From Acidimicrobiales bacterium (GTDB taxonomy: Bacteria; Actinomycetota; Acidimicrobiia; Acidimicrobiales; RAAP-2), in the NCBI GenBank assembly GCA_030039755.1, contig JASHUY010000025.1, positions 5,158-69,157 of the forward strand: DNA of 64,000 nt, given 5' to 3'. Each line of letters begins with the position of its first letter. Positions within the stretch are counted from its first letter, which is position 1. Both the position numbers and the translations under genes were made by a program. The notes beneath the pieces are model-generated. The model saw only the letters and a program-made list of their open reading frames with translations. It did not search any database and was not told the DNA's origin. Shown in pieces: positions 34,849-44,410 of the stretch.

Positions 34849-36658
34849 GGACCGTCGAACCGATCCGGCGCCAGCCTTTCGGGGCGAGGAGACGGTAGAG
34901 GGTGAGCACGATGCACACGAGCGCGAGCGCGATCCCGACCGACATCACCGCCTGGGCCAGCCCGAGGCCGAAGTGGTACCCCGCGATGTTCAGGTTGATC
35001 GCGACCGAGAGCGGCGGGGATCCCGGCGCATAGAGAAGCTGCGAGATCGGCAGCTCGAGGAAGATGCCGCAGAAGGTGAAGAGCCAGGCCATGACCACGG
35101 GTCTCGAGACGGCCGGCAGCACCCCGCTCAGCCACGCGCGCAGCGCGCCCGCGCCGTGGGCGCGCGCGGCGTCGTGGAGCGACGGCTGGACCTGGGAGAC
35201 CGGGCCGACGAGGACCCGCGCGTTGGTCGGGAGGCTGGACGCGATGTAGCCGATCAGGAGCAACCAGACCGTCTGGTAGATGTCGATGCCGATGCGCGAC
35301 AGGAACGGCAGGTTGTAGGCGAAGATGTAGCCCGCCGCGAAGACGACGCCGGGGAGCGCGACCGTCGCCAGCAGGAGGAAGTCGAGCAGGGCGGTCGCCC
35401 GCGTTCTTCGGCGCGACAGGAGGCGCGCGACCATGAAACCCGCGATCACCGTGACGGACGCGGTCACGCAGCCGTAGACGAGCGACCGCACGATGGGTCC
35501 CGACACGCCGGGAATGTGGAAGACCCCCGAGTAGTTCACGAACGTGATGTGGTCGGACGCCCCGAAGTCGGTGAGGAGCGACCCGGTGACGGCCCCGACC
35601 GCAGGTGCCCCCAGGGCGATGACGTAGAAGAGCGCGACGCAACCCGAGGCGAGGATCGCGCCCTTGGTGGTGAGCTGGCGGCGGACCGCCTGGCGGGTGC
35701 GTGCCGAGAGCACCGCGTAGGAACGGCCGCGCAGTGCCCTCGCCTGCATGGTCAGCGGGAGCGCGACCGACACGACGAGCACCAGGCCGATCGCGGCGGC
35801 CGCGGGGAAGCTCGCGGGGAAGTTCCCGATGGCGGCGTAGAGCTGGTAGGTGGCCAGCGAGAAGTGGGACTGGTACGCGAGGGTGTACGCGACGCCGAAT
35901 GTGCTGATCGACTCGGCGAACCCGATGGCCAGGGCCGACCAGATCGCCGGCGCCAGGATCGGGAGCACCAGTCGCAGCGCGCCGGCCCTCGAGGCGCCAT
36001 GGACCCTGGCTGCGTCCTCGAACTCCTGGCCGAGCCCCGCCAATGACGCGGTGATGGTGAGGTAGGCGAAGGGGACGCAGCGCAGCCCCATCAGGAGGAC
36101 GACGCCGAAGGGCCCCATGATCGCGTGTGTGACGAACGTGGAGCCCAACCCGAACCGTGTGAGCACGCCGTCCTTCACGACGAGCCGCTCCCAGCCGATC
36201 CCCGGCAGCCAGGAGGGGAGCAACAGCACGAGCCACATGCCGATCGAGACGAAGCGCCGCCCCGGCATGGTCGTCCGATTGGCAAGCCACGCGATGGGGA
36301 GCCCGATCGCGATGCCCATGGCGGCGGCCGAGGCGCTGACCCAGAGGGAGTTCAGGACCGCGACGCCGGTGGTCCCGGTGAAGATCGTCTTCAGGTAGGT
36401 GAGCGTGAACCACTGGGGCCCCTGGTCGAAGAGCCGTGGCGACACCGACAGGACGAGGAAACAGGCGCAGGGCGCGAGGATGCAGAGGGCGACCAGTCCC
36501 CACAACCCGAACCGCACCGCCCGTGCGGCGCCGGCGAGGCGGCTGGCGGAGACGCGGTGCCTGCCCCTCACGGGGCGTGGCGGAGGATGCACCGGCGCGA
36601 CTTCGGGACCTGCGGGCGCTCCTGCCGGCAGCCCCGTGACGGGCCGGGTGACCGTCAC
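34841..36658 (-). CDS. ABC transporter permease, duplicated (FbpB-type, 605 aa)
   Basis: Contains two tandem permease halves with many hydrophobic helices. It overlaps the ATPase gene by 8 nt. Confidence 0.85.
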   Translation of the reverse strand: MTVTRPVTGLPAGAPAGPEVAPVHPPPRPVRGRHRVSASRLAGAARAVRFGLWGLVALCILAPCACFLVLSVSPRLFDQGPQWFTLTYLKTIFTGTTGVAVLNSLWVSASAAAMGIAIGLPIAWLANRTTMPGRRFVSIGMWLVLLLPSWLPGIGWERLVVKDGVLTRFGLGSTFVTHAIMGPFGVVLLMGLRCVPFAYLTITASLAGLGQEFEDAARVHGASRAGALRLVLPILAPAIWSALAIGFAESISTFGVAYTLAYQSHFSLATYQLYAAIGNFPASFPAAAAIGLVLVVSVALPLTMQARALRGRSYAVLSARTRQAVRRQLTTKGAILASGCVALFYVIALGAPAVGAVTGSLLTDFGASDHITFVNYSGVFHIPGVSGPIVRSLVYGCVTASVTVIAGFMVARLLSRRRTRATALLDFLLLATVALPGVVFAAGYIFAYNLPFLSRIGIDIYQTVWLLLIGYIASSLPTNARVLVGPVSQVQPSLHDAARAHGAGALRAWLSGVLPAVSRPVVMAWLFTFCGIFLELPISQLLYAPGSPPLSVAINLNIAGYHFGLGLAQAVMSVGIALALVCIVLTLYRLLAPKGWRRIGSTVRG

Positions 36659-36713
36659 GGGGCTGTCCAGGGCGAGGACGCCGGACGGCGTCGTACGACG
36701 TCCGGCGGATGGA

Positions 36714-37805
36714 TCACTTGGTGATGTTGCTCACGAACCAGGCGTTGACGGACGCCTCTCGCGGTCCCCACGTGTACGGATCGGTGTGCTGGACCTTGAT
36801 CGACGAGAGCGACGGCAACTCAGGACGGGCGCTGACCCCCTCGACCACCGGGTAGTACAGGGAGTCCCCGGTGGGGTCGCCGGCCTTCATGACCGTCTGG
36901 CCGGTCTTGGAGAGGACGAACTCCGCGAACTGCTTGGCCTCGGCGATCTCGGTCTTTGTCACCTTGGAGTCGATGCCGATGTTGGACGGGAGCATGGTGA
37001 GCGGGCTCAGGTACTTGACCCTCAGGTTCGGGTCTGTCTTCCTCGCGCCGATGGCGGCCGAGCTCTGCACCAGCGCGAGCTTGATCTGCCCGCTCGCCAG
37101 CGCGGCGAGGGTGGGGCCGTTCGTTGTGTGGATGATCAGCCCGTTCGCCTTCAACTTCTCGAAGAACTGCTTGCCCTTTGTCACGCCGCCGAGGTAGTTC
37201 ATCATCCCGGCGATGAACGGGTACGTCGGCCCGGACTGCGTCGGTGTGTTCATGCCGATGTCGCCCTTCCACTTGGAGCTGAGCAGTGTGCTCCAGGAGG
37301 TCGGCGGGTCCTTCACGACCTTCGATGTGTAGGCCACCGCGGCCATGAGGGTGATGCCCGTCGGGACGAAGCTGCCGTCCGCGGGGAGCACCTCTTTGCC
37401 GAGGCCGTTCCAGTCCACCTTCGGCTCGAAGCCGCGGACGAGCATGTGCTCGTCGTCGAGCTCCGCGAACGCTGTCTGCCCGTCCACCCAGAGAAGGCCC
37501 CAGTGCGGGTTGTCCTTGGACGCCTGGATCTGGGCGAGCAGCGGCCCGGTCGAGTTTGTGTCGAGCTCGGTCAGGATGCCCGTGGCATTCTGGAACGCCT
37601 TCACCATCGCCTGGTCGTAGCCCTGAGCGGAGTAGACGATCAAGGGGACGGAGGAGATCTTCCTGGCCGCGAGGGCCGGGCCCGAGGCGGCGACCCCGGC
37701 GGCGACCAGGGCACCGCAGGTGACCCCGGCGAGCGCGACACGGACCCCTCGGCTGCGCGCCGAGCGTGGCCCGGCAGCGACCATTCGGTTCCTGCGAAGC
37801 TGCAC
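36714..37805 (-). CDS. ABC transporter substrate-binding protein (Fe3+/family-1 SBP)
   Basis: GTG 37805 follows GGGAGG. A signal peptide (ALAGVTCGALVAAGVAASGPALA) is followed by IVYSAQGYDQAMVKAFQNATGI..., which is typical of iron(III)-type SBPs. Confidence 0.85.
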   Translation of the reverse strand: MQLRRNRMVAAGPRSARSRGVRVALAGVTCGALVAAGVAASGPALAARKISSVPLIVYSAQGYDQAMVKAFQNATGILTELDTNSTGPLLAQIQASKDNPHWGLLWVDGQTAFAELDDEHMLVRGFEPKVDWNGLGKEVLPADGSFVPTGITLMAAVAYTSKVVKDPPTSWSTLLSSKWKGDIGMNTPTQSGPTYPFIAGMMNYLGGVTKGKQFFEKLKANGLIIHTTNGPTLAALASGQIKLALVQSSAAIGARKTDPNLRVKYLSPLTMLPSNIGIDSKVTKTEIAEAKQFAEFVLSKTGQTVMKAGDPTGDSLYYPVVEGVSARPELPSLSSIKVQHTDPYTWGPREASVNAWFVSNITK

Positions 37806-38040
37806 GTACGACCTCCCGCTCTCGTCGCCGGTGCCCCTCCGGCCCCGGCGGGTCCGCTGGAACGGTAGGAAAGCGCGTTTAACCCGCTGTGACGCAGAGG
37901 TGAACGAGCGCTGAACTTCTGACGACTTCTTCGTGTCGAGAAACGGCCGGAGCTCCGTGCGCGACGACCTGAAGGCTCGGCGTGACGTGCGACTTCGGCG
38001 ATGGCAGCTGCCGCGACGATCGACGCACGAGCGTCACACT

Positions 38041-38100
38041 CCTTTCGCGAGTCGTGCACCGCGCTCTTTGAGTCGTGCACCTCTCTTTGCGTCGTGCACC
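38041..38100. promoter_or_regulatory. three direct repeats of (a)GTCGTGCACC in the divergent intergenic region
   Basis: gtcgtgcacc occurs at 38051-38060, 38072-38081 and 38091-38100, a spacing of 21 and 19 nt. Each copy is preceded by c/tttt-g/c. The repeats lie between the ABC operon (start 37805, minus) and the DHDPS-like gene (start 38133, plus). Confidence 0.4.
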
Positions 38101-38132
38101 CGGCCACTCAGGCCCGGGTATCGTGGCGGCCC

Positions 38133-38864
38133 GTGGCCGACGCGCTCCCGCTCCCTTCGGGCGTCGGGGTCGCGCTCGTGACGTTCTTCTCCGAGGACGG
38201 CGCCGTCGACGTGAAGGCGACCGCCACCCGTGCCCGCCGGTGCGTCGACCTCGGCGTCTCCTCGGTCCTGGTCTCCGGCACGACGGGCGAGGCGGCGCGC
38301 CTTTCGGTGGAGGACAGGGTCGAGCTGGCCGCGGCCGTGAAGGAGGCGGCGCCCGAGGTCCCGGTCGTGGTCGGAACCGGCCTTCCTGACGCGGACGCCG
38401 CCGTCGAGGTGTCGGCGCGGGTCGCAGAGGACGGTGGTGCCGACGCGCTGCTCGTGTACTGCCCGGAGGAGGCCGGCCCCGCCGGGTTCTACCGCGCGGT
38501 GCGGGACGTGGCTCGCGGACGACCGGTGCTCGCCTACCACTTCCCCCTGCTCGCGGCCCGCGGGCTCGCGACCGAGGAGCTGGCCTCCCTCGACGTCGAC
38601 GGGGTGAAGGACTCGTCGGGGAGCTCGAACCGGCTGGCGGACCTCGTCGAGCTCGGCGTGCACGTCTACACCGGGAGCGCGACCGGGCTCCTCCTGGCGG
38701 GAACCTGTGCCGACGGCGCGATCCTGGCGCTTGCCAACGTCGCGCCGACCGAGTGCATCGCGGCCTGGAACGGCGACGCTGGGGCGCAGCGCGGCCTCTT
38801 CGCCCGGCACCGGCGGGCGACGCGCGACTTCCCCTCGTACCTGAAGAGCAACGAACCCGTCTAG
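38133..38864 (+). CDS. dihydrodipicolinate synthase/N-acetylneuraminate lyase family protein (short C-terminus)
   Basis: Family motifs are VALVTFFSEDG, SGTTGEAARLS, VVVGTG and GVKDSSG (Schiff-base Lys). The start was placed at GTG 38133; ATG 38001 would add a repeat-encoded leader. The protein ends about 40 aa earlier than typical family members. Confidence 0.7.
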   Translation: MADALPLPSGVGVALVTFFSEDGAVDVKATATRARRCVDLGVSSVLVSGTTGEAARLSVEDRVELAAAVKEAAPEVPVVVGTGLPDADAAVEVSARVAEDGGADALLVYCPEEAGPAGFYRAVRDVARGRPVLAYHFPLLAARGLATEELASLDVDGVKDSSGSSNRLADLVELGVHVYTGSATGLLLAGTCADGAILALANVAPTECIAAWNGDAGAQRGLFARHRRATRDFPSYLKSNEPV

Positions 38865-40441
38865 CTCCCGTGGCCCCTGGCGGGGCCGCCCTCGGCGAAT
38901 GAGAATCGGTGCGTGTCGGCCCGGGCAGACGTCGTGTTTCTATGGCGCTCGGAGCCCGTTTCTAGCTTGACGCGGGGGCCTCGGGCGCTCCGTCCTGTCG
39001 CCACGAGCACGCACCTCAGTTTCTTCATGACGAGGTCCCCATCCGGTCCGCCACGCCCAGGTGAGCCAGCCGAGAGGGGTTGATGACGATGGAGGTGGTG
39101 GTCGAGCGGTGCGCGTTCTTGGACGTGCACCGTGACACGGTGACGGCATGCGCCCGCATGCCCGACGGCGCCGGTGGGCGCAAAGAGGAGATGGCCCAGT
39201 TCCGAACGACGACCTCCCAGCTCTTGTTGCTGGCCGACTGGCTCATGGAACGCCGGGTGACCCTGGTGGGCATGGAGGCCACCGGCGTGTACTGGAAGCC
39301 GGTCAACTGGGTCTTGGAGGACTGCGTCGGCGAGGTATGGGTGATCAATGCCCGGCACATGCGCAACGTGCCGGGAAGGAAGACCGACGTCGCGGACGCC
39401 CAGTGGGGTGCACAGCTGCTCGAGCACGGGCTGGTCCGGCCGAGCTTCATCCCGGACCGCCCGACCCGTGAGCAACGCGATCTCGCCCGCTACCGCCGCT
39501 CGGTGGTCGAAGAGCGCGGACGCGAGATCCAGCGCCTGCACAAGGTCCTGGAGGACGCAGGCGTGAAGCTCTCCTCGGTGGCATCGAGCGTGCTCACCAA
39601 GTCCGGGCGCGAGATGATCGACGCCCTGGTCGCCGGCCAACGCGACCCCGAGGTGCTGGCGGAGATGGCCAAGGGCCGGATGCGATCGAAGATCCCCGAA
39701 CTGAAAGACGCGCTCGCCGGCCGGTTCAACGCGCATCACGCGCTCTTGTGCAAAGCGATGCTGGCGCGCATCGACCAGGCGGACGCCACCATCGCCACCT
39801 TGACCGCTCGAATCGAGGTGCTGTTGGACCCTCACCAAGCGGCGGTGACCTTGCTCGTCGGGATCCCGGGGGTGAGCTATCGCAGCGCCCAGGTGATCCT
39901 GGCTGAGATCGGCACCGACATGTCCCGCTTCCCCACCCCCGCGCACCTGGCGAGCTGGGCAGGCATGTGCCCGGGCAACAACGAGTCGGCCGGCAAGCAC
40001 CGCTCGGGGCGCACCCGCCACGGTTCGAAATGGCTGCGCGTCGCCCTGGTCGAAGCCGCCCAGGCTGCCGGGCGCTCCAAGGACACCTATCTGTCCGCCC
40101 AGTACGCACGGGTCCGGGGCCGCCGGGGCCCAGGGCGTGCCGCGGTCGCTGTCGGACACTCCATCCTCGTCATCATCTGGCACCTGCTCTCGACGGGCGA
40201 GCTCTACACCGACTTGGGTGGTGACTACTTCGACCGCCGTCGCACGAGCACCGCCCACCAGCGCCGTCTCGTCGCTCAGCTCGAGGCCATGGGGCACAAG
40301 GTCACCCTCGAGCCTGCCGCAGCCTGACAAAGCCACTGCATTTCGACGCTCCGCGTCGAGCGGGGGCTGCCGCCCCCACACCCCCCTGCGCGCCTCACGT
40401 CTCGCGACGTCGGGGGATTCACACCTCAGAAGACGAACCCG
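38865..40441 (+). mobile_element. IS110-family insertion sequence (maximal interval; exact ends unresolved)
   Basis: A single DEDD-type transposase gene is flanked by 215 nt (left) and 114 nt (right) of non-coding DNA, wedged between two convergent gene ends. No terminal inverted repeats were seen, as expected for IS110. Confidence 0.7.
39080..40327 (+). CDS. IS110-family transposase
   Basis: The N-terminal RuvC-like part has FLDVHRDTVTACA and VGMEATGVYWKP. The C-terminal signature is GIPGVSYRSAQVILAEIGTDMSRFPTPAHLASWAGMCPGNNESAGK. Confidence 0.9.
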   Translation: MMTMEVVVERCAFLDVHRDTVTACARMPDGAGGRKEEMAQFRTTTSQLLLLADWLMERRVTLVGMEATGVYWKPVNWVLEDCVGEVWVINARHMRNVPGRKTDVADAQWGAQLLEHGLVRPSFIPDRPTREQRDLARYRRSVVEERGREIQRLHKVLEDAGVKLSSVASSVLTKSGREMIDALVAGQRDPEVLAEMAKGRMRSKIPELKDALAGRFNAHHALLCKAMLARIDQADATIATLTARIEVLLDPHQAAVTLLVGIPGVSYRSAQVILAEIGTDMSRFPTPAHLASWAGMCPGNNESAGKHRSGRTRHGSKWLRVALVEAAQAAGRSKDTYLSAQYARVRGRRGPGRAAVAVGHSILVIIWHLLSTGELYTDLGGDYFDRRRTSTAHQRRLVAQLEAMGHKVTLEPAAA

Positions 40442-41527
40442 CTAAAAGACGACCACGGACCGCAGCACCTCACCGTGCTCCATCCGGGCGAAGGCGTCCT
40501 CGACGCCGTCGAGGGGGATCGTCTCGGAGACGAACCGGTCGAGCTCGAGCAGGCCCCGCAGGTACAGGTCGATCAGCATCGGGAAGTCGCGGGAGGGCAG
40601 GCAGTCGCCGTACCACGACGACTTGAGCGCGCCACCCCGTCCGAAGAGCTCGATCATCGGCAGGTCGATGCGCATCGTGGGGGACGGGACGCCCACCTGC
40701 ACGAGCACCCCGGCAAGGTCCCGCGCGAGGAACGCCTGCTCGTAGGTCTGCGGGCGGCCGACGGCTTCGATGACGACGTCTGCACCGTTGCCTGTCGTGA
40801 GCGCGCGGATCGCCTCGACGGCGTCGGAGCTGGAGGAGTTCACGGTGTGGGTGGCCCCGAAGTCGCGGGCCCAGGCGAGCTTGCGGTCGTCGACGTCCAC
40901 GGCGATCACCATGCGTGCCCCGGCGATGACCGCCCCGGCGATGGCAGCGTCGCCGACGCCGCCACAGCCGATCACCGCCACCGTGTCGCCACGCGACACC
41001 CCGCCCGTGTTGACGGCGGCGCCGAAGCCGGCCATCACGCCGCAGCCGATCAGCCCCGCCGCCTCCGGCCGCGCGGTGCGGTCGACCGGCACCGCCTGCC
41101 CCGCCGCGACGAGGGTGCGCTCGCAGAACGCGCCGATGCCGAGCGCCGCGGACAACGGAGTCCCGTCTTCGAGGGTCATGGGCTGACGGGCGTTCTGGCT
41201 GTCGAAGCAGTACCACGGCCGCCCGCGGCGGCACGATCGGCACGTGCCGCAGGGCGCCCGCCAGGCGACCACGACGTAATCGCCGGGCGCGACATGCCCG
41301 ACGCCGTCCCCCACCTCGGTGACGAAGCCGGCAGCCTCGTGGCCGAGCAGGAACGGGAAGTCGTCGCTGATCGCCCCCTCCCGGTAGTGGAGGTCGGTGT
41401 GGCACACGCCACAGGCGCGCACCTCCACGACCACCTCGCCGGGCCCGGGGTCGGGGACCACGACGGGCACCACCTCCACCGGAGCGCCCTTTGCGGCTGC
41501 CACCACTCCACGCACGGTCGCCGGCAT
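40442..41527 (-). CDS. class III alcohol dehydrogenase / S-(hydroxymethyl)mycothiol dehydrogenase-like
   Basis: Motifs are [16 protein letters not shown], the structural-Zn Cys cluster [15 protein letters not shown], and [12 protein letters not shown]. Confidence 0.85.
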   Translation of the reverse strand: MPATVRGVVAAAKGAPVEVVPVVVPDPGPGEVVVEVRACGVCHTDLHYREGAISDDFPFLLGHEAAGFVTEVGDGVGHVAPGDYVVVAWRAPCGTCRSCRRGRPWYCFDSQNARQPMTLEDGTPLSAALGIGAFCERTLVAAGQAVPVDRTARPEAAGLIGCGVMAGFGAAVNTGGVSRGDTVAVIGCGGVGDAAIAGAVIAGARMVIAVDVDDRKLAWARDFGATHTVNSSSSDAVEAIRALTTGNGADVVIEAVGRPQTYEQAFLARDLAGVLVQVGVPSPTMRIDLPMIELFGRGGALKSSWYGDCLPSRDFPMLIDLYLRGLLELDRFVSETIPLDGVEDAFARMEHGEVLRSVVVF

Positions 41528-41612
41528 CGTCCCCTCCAGGTCGGTCGGTCACTCCAACGGTCGGACGGTCCGCCCCCGAGTCCCGGCCGGCGCACGTCGC
41601 GTGGCCGGCACG

Positions 41613-42101
41613 TTAGTCAGCCAGGGCGTCCACGAGCCTGTCGAGCAGCGGGACCTGCCCCGGGAGCAGCTTCACCCTGGCCTCTTCGAGCGTGTACCAC
41701 GCCGCGCGGTCGACTTCGGGGAAACGACGCAGGTTGCCCGAGCGGGGCGGCCACTCGAGCTCGAACGTGCCACCCGCGACGGCCGAGACGTCGAGGTCGC
41801 CGGCGACCGCCCACGCGTGCACCCGTTTCCCCGCGGCCTGGACGACCACGCCGAGGGCCGTGCGCGGTCCGCGCGGGGCGCTGACGCCGAGCTCCTCGGC
41901 GAACTCCCGCTCGGCGGCGGCGAGCGCGTCCTCCCCTTCGTCGACCTCACCCTTCGGGACCGACCACCACCCGTCGTCTCTCCGGGACCAGTAGGGGCCA
42001 CCCGGGTGCACGAGGAGCACCTCGAGGTCCCGGTCCCTCCGGGCGACCGGACCCGCCTGCCGGTGGCGGTACACGAGCAGGCCGGCGCTCTGCTTGGGCA
42101 T
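41613..42101 (-). CDS. NUDIX hydrolase
   Basis: The Nudix box is GEVDEGEDALAAAEREFAEELG, and the N-terminus is MPKQSAGLLVY. Confidence 0.8.
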   Translation of the reverse strand: MPKQSAGLLVYRHRQAGPVARRDRDLEVLLVHPGGPYWSRRDDGWWSVPKGEVDEGEDALAAAEREFAEELGVSAPRGPRTALGVVVQAAGKRVHAWAVAGDLDVSAVAGGTFELEWPPRSGNLRRFPEVDRAAWYTLEEARVKLLPGQVPLLDRLVDALAD

Positions 42102-42341
42102 GGCCCATCTTGGTCTCGTCCGCCCGGCCCGTGGCCCGCACCGGCGCGAGCAGATCTGACCTGCTCCTTTCCGGAAGCGGCGCCATGGCGAGCCGAACCC
42201 TCACGCCTGAGCACCTGAACTCCCCCGAGGCCAAAAGTCCAGGTCGGAGAGCTTCCGTAGATCCCAACTGACCTTGGACGACACCCCCGGATCGCACATC
42301 CATGGCTTCTCAGTGCGCAATCCGGGGATGCATGCACTCTA

Positions 42342-42365
42342 AATGGTATCGGATACAATACCATT
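42342..42365. promoter_or_regulatory. nested palindromes abutting the XRE gene start (candidate operator)
   Basis: AATGGTAT (42342-42349) pairs with ATACCATT (42358-42365). The inner palindrome GTATCgGATAC lies between them. The site ends 1 nt before ATG 42366. Confidence 0.45.
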
Positions 42366-42983
42366 ATGACCACAGCGGGAACCATCCTCGCGGGGCTACT
42401 TCGGGCCAGCGGCTTCTCCCAGCGCGAGCTCGCCCGCCGTGCCGGGGCCTCGCATGCCTCGCTGGTCGCCTACGCCAAGGGACGCCAAGACCCAGGGCTC
42501 AGCACGCTCCAACGACTGGCCGACGCCGCGAACTGCGATCTCGCCATCGAGGTTTGCCCGCGGCTCACTCCTCCCGAAATGCGGACGCTCGAGCTGCACC
42601 GGCTCATTGCCGAGAAGCTGGAGGAAGACCCCGAGCGTGTCCTCGCCATGGCGAACGAGAACCTCGACCTCATGCGGCGCACCGACCGCGGTGGCCACTC
42701 GCGTCCGTACCTCGACACGTGGCAGATGTTGGTAGACGGCCCGAGGCGAGACTTGGCGAACGTGATGGTGTCGACCGACGCCGCGGCGCGAGACCTGCGC
42801 CAGGCGAGCCCCTTCAGTGGGGTCCTCTCCGACGAAGAGCGCATCGGTGCGTTGCTGCGTAGCGACGGGGAAAGGGTCGCCGCGAAGTCGGGGCGCTCCC
42901 TTGATGAGATCCGCCAGAAGTTACTCGACACCCACGCCGACGCGCCGAACACGACTCGAGACTCTGAACCGGTCGGAGTATGA
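42366..42983 (+). CDS. XRE-family helix-turn-helix protein (antitoxin-like)
   Basis: TILAGLLRASGFSQRELARRAGASHASLVAYAKGRQDPGLSTLQRLA is an HTH_XRE motif. It is followed by a C-terminal domain of about 130 aa. Confidence 0.7.
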   Translation: MTTAGTILAGLLRASGFSQRELARRAGASHASLVAYAKGRQDPGLSTLQRLADAANCDLAIEVCPRLTPPEMRTLELHRLIAEKLEEDPERVLAMANENLDLMRRTDRGGHSRPYLDTWQMLVDGPRRDLANVMVSTDAAARDLRQASPFSGVLSDEERIGALLRSDGERVAAKSGRSLDEIRQKLLDTHADAPNTTRDSEPVGV

Positions 42984-43201
42984 ACCGCACCGAGCTCGAG
43001 CACATCGTGCGGGCCGCTTGCGACATCTTGGGGGAAGACACCGTCATCGTGGGCGGGTCGCAGGCGGCCCTGGCGCAGTTTCCCGACGACCTGCCTCGGT
43101 CGGTTCTGATGTCGCGGGAAGCAGATGTCGCAGCGCTCGAGGACCCCACCGAGGAGAAGGCGTTGTTGATCAATTCCAGGGCCTACTTTCAGAAGAGCTG
43201 A
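42980..43201 (+). pseudogene. truncated nucleotidyltransferase-like (DUF6036-type) gene, 73 codons
   Basis: Its start overlaps the XRE gene stop as ATGA. MNRTELEHIVRAACDILGEDTVIVGGSQAALAQFPDDLPRSVLMSREADV resembles the N-terminus of these nucleotidyltransferases. The sequence then diverges (ALLINSRAYFQKS*) and stops about 100 aa short, 44 nt from the uppP 3' end. Confidence 0.4.
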
Positions 43202-43244
43202 GCGAGCCAGACAAGTAGCCGGCTCGACCCCTGTGTTGATCGGG

Positions 43245-44252
43245 TTAGAACAGCCCGAAGCGGATCGCCGAAGCGGTTCCGAAGAGCACGGAATAGACGG
43301 CGAAGGGGTAGAGCGTACGGGTCTTGAAGTAACGGGCCAGGAAGAACACCGCGAAGAGCGAGGTCGCGACCGCCGCGAGACTGCCGGCGACGACCTGGCC
43401 CCGGACGCCGTTCCCGAGAGGCCCGAGAAGGTCGGGAACCTTCAGCGCCCCCGCGGCCAGGATCACCGGAGTCGAGAGCATGAACGCGAAACGCATCGCG
43501 TTCTCCCTGTTCAAGCCTCTGAAGAGTCCACCCACCATCGTGACGCCCTCCCTGCTGATCCCGGCGAGGAGCGCGAGCGCCTGGAGCGCGCCGACGATCG
43601 CCGCGGTCGGCAAGCCGATGCCGGCGAGCTCGCGCTCGGCCGCCTCGTCCATGGGCACGATCCGGTCGTCGCGCACCCGCTGCACCCCCGAGGTTGCCCG
43701 CGCGGCGGTGGGCCGGGCGGCCCCCCCACCGGCCGCCGCGCGCTCGGGGACGGTCACGTGGCGCGGACGCGGGTGGCGGTGGAACCACTCGCCGAGGAAG
43801 AGGATGCCGCCGTTCGCCACGAGGAAGATGGCCGCCGCGAGAGGCTTTGCGAAGAGGACCCGGAACTGGTGCTCGAATGCGACGCCGAGCGCGCCCACCG
43901 GCACGGTCGCGATCACGATCAGCCATGCGAGCCGCTCTTCGTGGGTGGAGATACGGCGGCGCACCAAGCTGCGGACGAAGGCGACGACGAGGCGCACCCA
44001 CTCCCGGGAGTAGAAGGCGAGCAGCACCACCGCGGTCGCCAGGTGGAGCCCGACCACGAACGCGAGGTACGGGCTTTCCGCCGTCGACTCCTGCCGCACG
44101 AGCGTCGCCCACGAGCCGCCGATCCACGCGGGGACGAGCACGGTGTGGCCGAGGCTCGACACGGGGAACAGCTCGGTGAGCCCCTGGACGAGGCCGATCA
44201 CGATGGCCTGCAGGAAGTCCATGTGGTACACGTGCTCGGCGGCGATCACCAT
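43245..44252 (-). CDS. uppP: undecaprenyl-diphosphate phosphatase
   Basis: Motifs are GLVQGLTELFPVSSLGH and FAFMLSTPVILAAG. ATG 44252 has GGAG upstream; ATG 44222 is an alternative start. There is an internal Arg/Ala-rich insertion. Confidence 0.85.
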   Translation of the reverse strand: MVIAAEHVYHMDFLQAIVIGLVQGLTELFPVSSLGHTVLVPAWIGGSWATLVRQESTAESPYLAFVVGLHLATAVVLLAFYSREWVRLVVAFVRSLVRRRISTHEERLAWLIVIATVPVGALGVAFEHQFRVLFAKPLAAAIFLVANGGILFLGEWFHRHPRPRHVTVPERAAAGGGAARPTAARATSGVQRVRDDRIVPMDEAAERELAGIGLPTAAIVGALQALALLAGISREGVTMVGGLFRGLNRENAMRFAFMLSTPVILAAGALKVPDLLGPLGNGVRGQVVAGSLAAVATSLFAVFFLARYFKTRTLYPFAVYSVLFGTASAIRFGLF

Positions 44253-44410
44253 CGGCGTCTCCGGTCGGGTCGGCGCTCGGTCCCTGGGCAGGTGCAGGGT
44301 AGTCACGGCTGCCGCGTCGTGCGATCCCGTGGCCGACGTCGCAGGACGACGACGGCGCGGGTTGGACACCCGCCATCGAGGGCGCGGCAACGTCTCATTG
44401 GTACGATCCG

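Noticed and set aside
38001-38132. ATG 38001 as the start of the DHDPS-like gene.
   Set aside because: The extra 44 aa would be encoded by the triple direct repeat (ESCT.. repeats) and have no counterpart in the family N-terminus, which normally begins just before the VALVTFF strand. GTG 38133 is preferred but not proven.
39012-40429. The 8-mer cacctcag, present at 39012 and 40422, considered as alternative IS110 boundaries.
   Set aside because: A single 8-mer match between two ~100-200-nt regions is near chance expectation. It would leave only about 60 nt of left end. The longer flanking repeat at 38838/40422 is more convincing, though still unproven.
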